Assembly (NCBI GenBank): GCA_043800345.1 | Contig: JAZDNB010000009.1 | Span: 27,340-91,339, forward strand | DNA from: Candidatus Omnitrophota bacterium | GTDB taxonomy: Bacteria; Omnitrophota; Gorgyraeia; VGKN01 | Direction of reading: 5' to 3' | DNA: 64,000 bases | Shown: one piece after another, positions 59,755 to 64,000 of the stretch | Layout: every line of letters begins with the position of its first letter | How positions within the stretch are numbered: the first letter of the stretch is position 1 | Translations under genes and position numbers: made by a program | Notes under the pieces: generated by a model | Seen by the model: only the letters and a program-made list of their open reading frames with translations | The model's database searches: none | What the model was told of the DNA's origin: nothing

Positions 59755-62454
59755 TTGAGCAAAAAATGCTCCTTCCTTTTAAGAATTCTTTCCTTCCTTT
59801 TTGTTTTATCTTTATATAGCGCAGATTCGTTTTCTGTTGAATTTCATTCCTTACAAGTTAGAGATATAAACGTAAAAATCCTCAAAGATATAACCCGAAT
59901 AACCGTTACTGCCGATAAACCCATTGTGTATTATGAAACAGACGAGTTTGAGGAACCCTATACCCTCATAATAAGCATTCCGGAAGCCACACTTTCTTTT
60001 TCTGACGAACCGCATATGATCATGCCGCTTAAAACTCCATATGTGAGCGAGGTGAGATTACACCAGTTATACGACCGTCTTGCCTATCCTCCCAGGATCC
60101 TCAGAATAATCATTGAATGTAAACAAAAACCGGAATATACAATAGATACGACAGCAAATAATATAACGATGAATATTGACATAGGCGCGTCAAAGGCTCT
60201 CTCGCCACAGAAAGACAAAGAAAAAATTAGTCAGGAAGTATCTACAGAGAAATATCAGGCGCGCATAGGAGAAGCAAAAGAAAAAATCTTTGAGGATTCC
60301 CTTAAGCAGGCACAGGAGAAAGAGCTTAGGGTAATGCTTGAGGAAGAGAAAAAGGAACGTCTCTTAGCAAAAGAAGCACAAAGAGTAAAAGAAGAGGCAA
60401 GACAGAGAGAGCTTAAGCAGTTAAAAAATGACCTCCAAAAAGCTATTCAGCAGGAACGCTACGAAGAGGCGGCGCGGCTCCGTGATACAATTAAAAAGCT
60501 AGAAAAAAAAGAGATGCTTGAAGAAGCCCCCTTAAAAGAAGCACCGCAACCTATAGAAAAAAGGCAACCATCAAGGGCGGGGGAGGCGCTTAGTAGGCCG
60601 TTACGAAAAGAGAGTCAGATTGACGCTCTCAAACAGAGACAGAGAGAGGCAGCAAAAGAAAAAGCACTGGAAAAAGCCCTTCAAGATACAATGCGCGAAG
60701 AAGAAGAAAAAACATTCCCGGAGGCCCAGGAAGATACGAGAGAAGAAGAACAAATTGTCCCGGAGGAAGAGGTGCCTCAGGAGGAGTATGCGCCTCCCCC
60801 GGATCAGGAACATAGCTCGGCAATGGAAGAAGAGCTTTTGCGTTTACAGAAGCAAGAAGAAGTATCTAGAGAGCCCATCGAAGAGGTTGTGCAACCCTCT
60901 TTTAAAGAGGAGCCAGAGAAAAAATCGGCAAGAAAAAAAATAGAGGAGAAACCGCAGGAAGAGCCGGTAAAGAAAGAATCCGGCAAGACAAAAGGAATTG
61001 AACAGAAACCTCCTACAGTTGAAGAACTCCTCCGGAAAGGGGAAGAAGAAAGTAAAATAGTAGGTGCCGCGCCTAAAAAAGAAGAAAAAAAACCAAAGAA
61101 AAAAATAGCAACATTACAAGAGTGTATTGATATAGGACTTGAAAACCACCTTCCCGCAAAGATAGCGCTTGATGAAGTGAAATTAGCAGAACTCAAGCTA
61201 ACAGAGGCAAAAAGGGCACTGTTTCCTTCGGCACAGTATAGAATTAACCAGACCGAAGGCGATATATATGATATCGGATTTATGGAGCGGGAATATACCC
61301 TTAAGATGGAACAGCCGCTTTATTACGGGGGGAGATTAGGCGATGCGGTAAAGAAAGCCCAGCTTAACCTTGAAATTGCAAAACGTAACTATAATAAGGT
61401 GAAAAGCGACCTTATAGAAAAAATAGAGGCAAATTTCTATAGTTTTGTAGGTGCGCAGATGGTAGTTGCGGCCCAGGAAGAATTAAAAGCTGAGGCAGAG
61501 CATATACTGGGTATTGCAAAGCGAAGGTTTGATATGGCGATGTCGACCGAGGTTGAATACTTAAACCTGCAAAACCTGTATGCACAGATACTCTACCAGA
61601 TCAATGCGGCACAGATGGAGATGGGCTCAGCCAAGGTACAGCTTGAACATACACTGGATTTGGACCCATCATATGAGATCGAAATTAAAGAACCGCTGCA
61701 GTATGCAAAGATAGATATAGACCTTGATAAAAGCCTTGCACTCGCATACCAAAACAGAACTGAATTATTTATCAGTGAATTGACAGTAAGAGTGAATGAA
61801 CTTGAAGAAAAAATCACTAAAAATAAAAATCGTTTTAAGATAGATTTTACCGGTTCTTACGGTGAAGGAGGCGGTGCTTATGAGAGTGAGTCGCTTACCC
61901 TTGGCAATACCTGGTATGCTGGTTTTTTATTTACAAAGCCGTTAGGAGGAAATACTATTAGCTATAATTTTACCAAAGATGCAACCGCACCCAAACTTGG
62001 CCAGAGCTCAAGAACGGGCTCCCAATCTCACATATGGGAATTTAATCTGCTTAACAATATTGGACGCTACTCGGAAGAAAAAAGCGCTCAAATAAACTTG
62101 AAAAAATCCATTAGTGATTTGAATGAGATGAAGAAAACTGTGTCAAGCGAGGTAAGGGAGACATTTTTTAGATATGAAAAAGCCATTATGCAGGTGGACG
62201 GCGCCACGATAAAAATTCAGTTGCGGCAAAAATCGATTGAAGTGAATCAGACGAAAGTCGATTTAGATGAAGCGCTTTTATCCGAGCTTCTTGAAAGCAA
62301 AATAAAACTTACCGACGAGAAAGTTGCATATTTAAATGCGATAAACAGTTACTATAGCGCAATTTCTAGCATTAATAAAGCTATTGGGTTAGTCGGTTTC
62401 TATCAGGTAGAAACTCCGCCGCAGGAAGTAGCCGTGCCGGGAGGAAAAAAATAA
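59755..62454 (+). CDS. Outer-membrane efflux factor (TolC-like) with an N-terminal signal peptide, an AMIN domain and a long K/E-rich coiled coil containing a UVR motif. Predicted TTG start.
   Basis: Signal peptide MSKKCSFLLRILSFLFVLSLYSADS. AMIN-like beta-rich segment FSVEFHSLQVRDINVKILKD...NITMNIDIG. UVR-like motif QQERYEEAARLRDTIKKLE. C-terminal region LQECIDIGLENHLPAKIALDEVKLAELKLTEAKRALFPSAQYRI... is typical of outer-membrane efflux protein (OEP/TolC) repeats. AAAAAGG lies 11 nt upstream of the TTG. Confidence 0.7.
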   Translation: MSKKCSFLLRILSFLFVLSLYSADSFSVEFHSLQVRDINVKILKDITRITVTADKPIVYYETDEFEEPYTLIISIPEATLSFSDEPHMIMPLKTPYVSEVRLHQLYDRLAYPPRILRIIIECKQKPEYTIDTTANNITMNIDIGASKALSPQKDKEKISQEVSTEKYQARIGEAKEKIFEDSLKQAQEKELRVMLEEEKKERLLAKEAQRVKEEARQRELKQLKNDLQKAIQQERYEEAARLRDTIKKLEKKEMLEEAPLKEAPQPIEKRQPSRAGEALSRPLRKESQIDALKQRQREAAKEKALEKALQDTMREEEEKTFPEAQEDTREEEQIVPEEEVPQEEYAPPPDQEHSSAMEEELLRLQKQEEVSREPIEEVVQPSFKEEPEKKSARKKIEEKPQEEPVKKESGKTKGIEQKPPTVEELLRKGEEESKIVGAAPKKEEKKPKKKIATLQECIDIGLENHLPAKIALDEVKLAELKLTEAKRALFPSAQYRINQTEGDIYDIGFMEREYTLKMEQPLYYGGRLGDAVKKAQLNLEIAKRNYNKVKSDLIEKIEANFYSFVGAQMVVAAQEELKAEAEHILGIAKRRFDMAMSTEVEYLNLQNLYAQILYQINAAQMEMGSAKVQLEHTLDLDPSYEIEIKEPLQYAKIDIDLDKSLALAYQNRTELFISELTVRVNELEEKITKNKNRFKIDFTGSYGEGGGAYESESLTLGNTWYAGFLFTKPLGGNTISYNFTKDATAPKLGQSSRTGSQSHIWEFNLLNNIGRYSEEKSAQINLKKSISDLNEMKKTVSSEVRETFFRYEKAIMQVDGATIKIQLRQKSIEVNQTKVDLDEALLSELLESKIKLTDEKVAYLNAINSYYSAISSINKAIGLVGFYQVETPPQEVAVPGGKK
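59833..60185 (+). other. AMIN domain (peptidoglycan-associated beta-sandwich found in AmiC and PilQ N-termini)
   Basis: FSVEFHSLQVRDINVKILKDITRITVTADKPIVYYETDEFEEPYTLIISIPEATLSF...VSEVRLHQL...PRILRIIIECKQKPEYTIDTTANNITMNI shows the alternating-strand pattern typical of AMIN. Confidence 0.5.
60190..61090 (+). other. K/E/Q-rich low-complexity coiled-coil linker containing a UVR-like motif (60448-60506)
   Basis: QQERYEEAARLRDTIKKLE matches the UvrB/UvrC UVR motif. The surrounding sequence is an EEKKER-type charged repeat with poly-A nucleotide runs. Confidence 0.5.
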
Positions 62455-62499
62455 AATTTTGTATAATGATATCTCAATAAAGAATACGAGGAGGTAAAC

Positions 62500-63852
62500 A
62501 TGCCGCTTAAGAAAAAAAAGCTTTTCTTTATGGTGTTTATAGTCATAGCAGGTGTCCTTATTCTCTACGCCTATAACACATTTATAAGAAAACCAAAACC
62601 GCTTAAAGAGGAAGGGGTAAAAAAAGAAGAGGTTCAGAAAGAAGAACAGATTATACCGGTACGAGTCTTTAAGGTTGCAAAACAGGATTTTGTCGATTAT
62701 TTTCCCAGCATGGGTACTGCAAAGGGCGCGGCGGAGGTGAATCTTAAATTTGAAGCCACAGGTGCTATTGAGGCACTGAACTATAAAGAGGGTGATGTAA
62801 TAAAAAGAGGCGATGTGATCGCTACATTAAATCAAAGAGATGCACAGCTTAATATTGAATACAATAAGTCTAAGTTAAAAACAGCCCAGGCAGAGACTCA
62901 GGCAGTTAAGAAACGCCTGGAGGTATATCAAAAGCTCTATGAAGCAGGTTCAATCATAAAAGCAAAATTGGATGAGATAACGCAGGAATTTGAGGTAGCA
63001 AAATCAAAGGTAGAAACGGCGAAGCTCGAGGTGGAACACGCTGAAAATGAGCTGGAGAAACAATCCCTCTTTGCGCCGATAGACGGAGTCCTGACGGCAA
63101 AGGATGTCGAGATCGGAGAACTTGCAAATGCCAATACAAAGGTGGGGACTCTTAGCGATCTCAGTGTTATGTATATAGAAATAGGGCTTACCGAGAGCGA
63201 TATCGAGAAGATAAAGGTAGGACAGACTGCAAAGCTTAATTTTGATACATACCCCAACCAAGAGTTTAATGGTGTTATTGATAACATATTCCCGCAGATA
63301 GAAGGTAAAAGCAGGACCCTTACGGTAAAAATAAAGGTTGATAACAAGGATTTGCTGATTAAGCCGGGGATGTTTTCCAGGGTAGCAATAAAAATATTCG
63401 AAAAAAAAGATGCCTTGCTTATACCGGTTGGCGCCTTACGGGGTAAAGAAGGAAAGTATTTCCTATTTTTAGCAAAACAAGAGGGGGCTGCGCCACAGCA
63501 AGAGGACAAAAAAGAAGAACCGGGAAAATACGTGGCCCTCCAACGGGAAGTGAAGCCGGAATATAGGACAATAGAATCAGCTGTTATCAAAGAAGGCTTA
63601 AGCGAGGGAGATCTGGTGGTTACGGAGTCGCAGGGGGAACTGAAGGACAAAAGCCCCTGTGAAGTATTAGAAATACAAGAATCCGGTTCTAAAGAATCGC
63701 AAAAAACGGAATCGGAAAATGAACAGCCCATGCTAGAAAATCCGGAGTCTGCCCAGCCTCCGTCAAATTTGCTGGACATGCAAAAAATTATGGAAGAAAA
63801 ACTTAAAGATAAAAATGCCGAATCTGAGCAACCGGACGTAAGTCAAGAATAG
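62500..63852 (+). CDS. HlyD-family membrane-fusion (periplasmic adaptor) protein of a tripartite efflux system
   Basis: Strong Shine-Dalgarno GAGGAGG 6-7 nt before the ATG. N-terminal TM anchor MPLKKKKLFFMVFIVIAGVLILYAY. Lipoyl/biotinyl-like segment KEGDVIKRGDVIATL. Coiled-coil hairpin rich in A/E/K. Beta-barrel segment VGQTAKLNFDTYPNQEFNGVIDNIFPQIEGKSRTLTVKIKVDN typical of RND/ABC efflux MFPs. Charged low-complexity C-terminal tail. Confidence 0.75.
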   Translation: MPLKKKKLFFMVFIVIAGVLILYAYNTFIRKPKPLKEEGVKKEEVQKEEQIIPVRVFKVAKQDFVDYFPSMGTAKGAAEVNLKFEATGAIEALNYKEGDVIKRGDVIATLNQRDAQLNIEYNKSKLKTAQAETQAVKKRLEVYQKLYEAGSIIKAKLDEITQEFEVAKSKVETAKLEVEHAENELEKQSLFAPIDGVLTAKDVEIGELANANTKVGTLSDLSVMYIEIGLTESDIEKIKVGQTAKLNFDTYPNQEFNGVIDNIFPQIEGKSRTLTVKIKVDNKDLLIKPGMFSRVAIKIFEKKDALLIPVGALRGKEGKYFLFLAKQEGAAPQQEDKKEEPGKYVALQREVKPEYRTIESAVIKEGLSEGDLVVTESQGELKDKSPCEVLEIQESGSKESQKTESENEQPMLENPESAQPPSNLLDMQKIMEEKLKDKNAESEQPDVSQE

Positions 63853-63874
63853 CCACCATACACACTATAGGCCT

Positions 63875-64000
63875 ATGAAGTATCGTGTAATGTTAGTCAC
63901 AATACTAGGGTTCATTTCTTTTTACTATCGGTTTTCTTTTGCCGATACGGTAGTTTTAACTAGCGGTGTTGAAGAAAAAGGTATAGTTGTCGAAGAATAT
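63875..64000 (+). CDS. Start of a secreted or membrane protein (MKYRVMLVTILGFISFYYRFSFADTVV...), 3'-partial at the window end
   Basis: ATG 22 nt after the previous stop. Hydrophobic signal-peptide-like N-terminus. The frame is open to the end of the window. The RBS is weak. Confidence 0.3.
   Translation, partial: MKYRVMLVTILGFISFYYRFSFADTVVLTSGVEEKGIVVEEY

Noticed and set aside
60620-60943. 107-aa + strand ORF (K/R-rich) and small minus ORFs inside the OMF gene's coiled-coil region
   Set aside because: These are alternative frames of an A/G-rich (GAA/AAA) low-complexity stretch and lie entirely inside the longer, motif-bearing frame.
62937-63779. 280-aa antisense ORF overlapping the HlyD-like gene
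   Set aside because: Its Ser/Phe-rich low-complexity translation is the typical mirror image of a K/E-rich sense gene. The sense frame has a strong RBS and clear MFP motifs.

Overview
This 64-kb window is coding almost end to end on the + strand and is dominated by two consecutive giant genes. The first giant ORF runs in frame from the first codon of the window (nt 3) to 34280, so it is 5'-truncated and longer than 11,375 aa; the ATG at 153 is only the first in-frame Met. An AT-rich gap of 146 bp with a consensus sigma70-type promoter (TTGAAA-17-TATAAT) follows. The second giant ORF (34427..59404, 8,325 aa) opens with a hydrophobic signal-anchor. Each giant protein is a chain of recognisable enzyme modules separated by transmembrane segments. 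Protein 1 carries mainly sugar-nucleotide and nucleoside-salvage enzymes: HAD-like phosphatase, sucrose-phosphate-synthase-like GT-B, two DUF89-like domains, a hexapeptide beta-helix, adenosine-deaminase-like, a UDP-glucose dehydrogenase (full-length catalytic domain plus a truncated, degenerate second copy), two PRTase-like domains, a GlnD/GlnE-type nucleotidyltransferase motif, galactokinase-like GHMP kinase, a GT2-like domain and a C-terminal pfkB kinase. Protein 2 carries a uridine-kinase-like P-loop, a UDPGP-family pyrophosphorylase, a glycogen-synthase-like GT-B, a GH13 alpha-amylase-family catalytic domain, two RNase J-like metallo-beta-lactamase/beta-CASP modules and a DHH/DHHA1 (NrnA-like) phosphoesterase. 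Hydrophobic modules recur within the genes as near-identical DNA repeats, and some contain HExxH embedded in a predicted TM helix, which resembles M50/site-2 proteases. Downstream, behind a second consensus promoter (TTGACA-17-TATAAT), sit an unusual AMIN-domain + coiled-coil/UVR + TolC-like outer-membrane factor gene (TTG start) and an HlyD-family membrane-fusion protein. No cognate inner-membrane pump is visible before the window ends. No rRNA, tRNA, CRISPR array or mobile element was detected. The overall architecture resembles the giant genes reported for candidate phylum Omnitrophota, but this specific combination (RNA-degrading modules, nucleotide salvage, sugar-nucleotide enzymes and alpha-glucan enzymes in membrane-embedded megaproteins next to an AMIN-TolC exporter) looks like a distinctive, probably undescribed system. 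All domain calls come from motif recognition by eye and need HMM confirmation.
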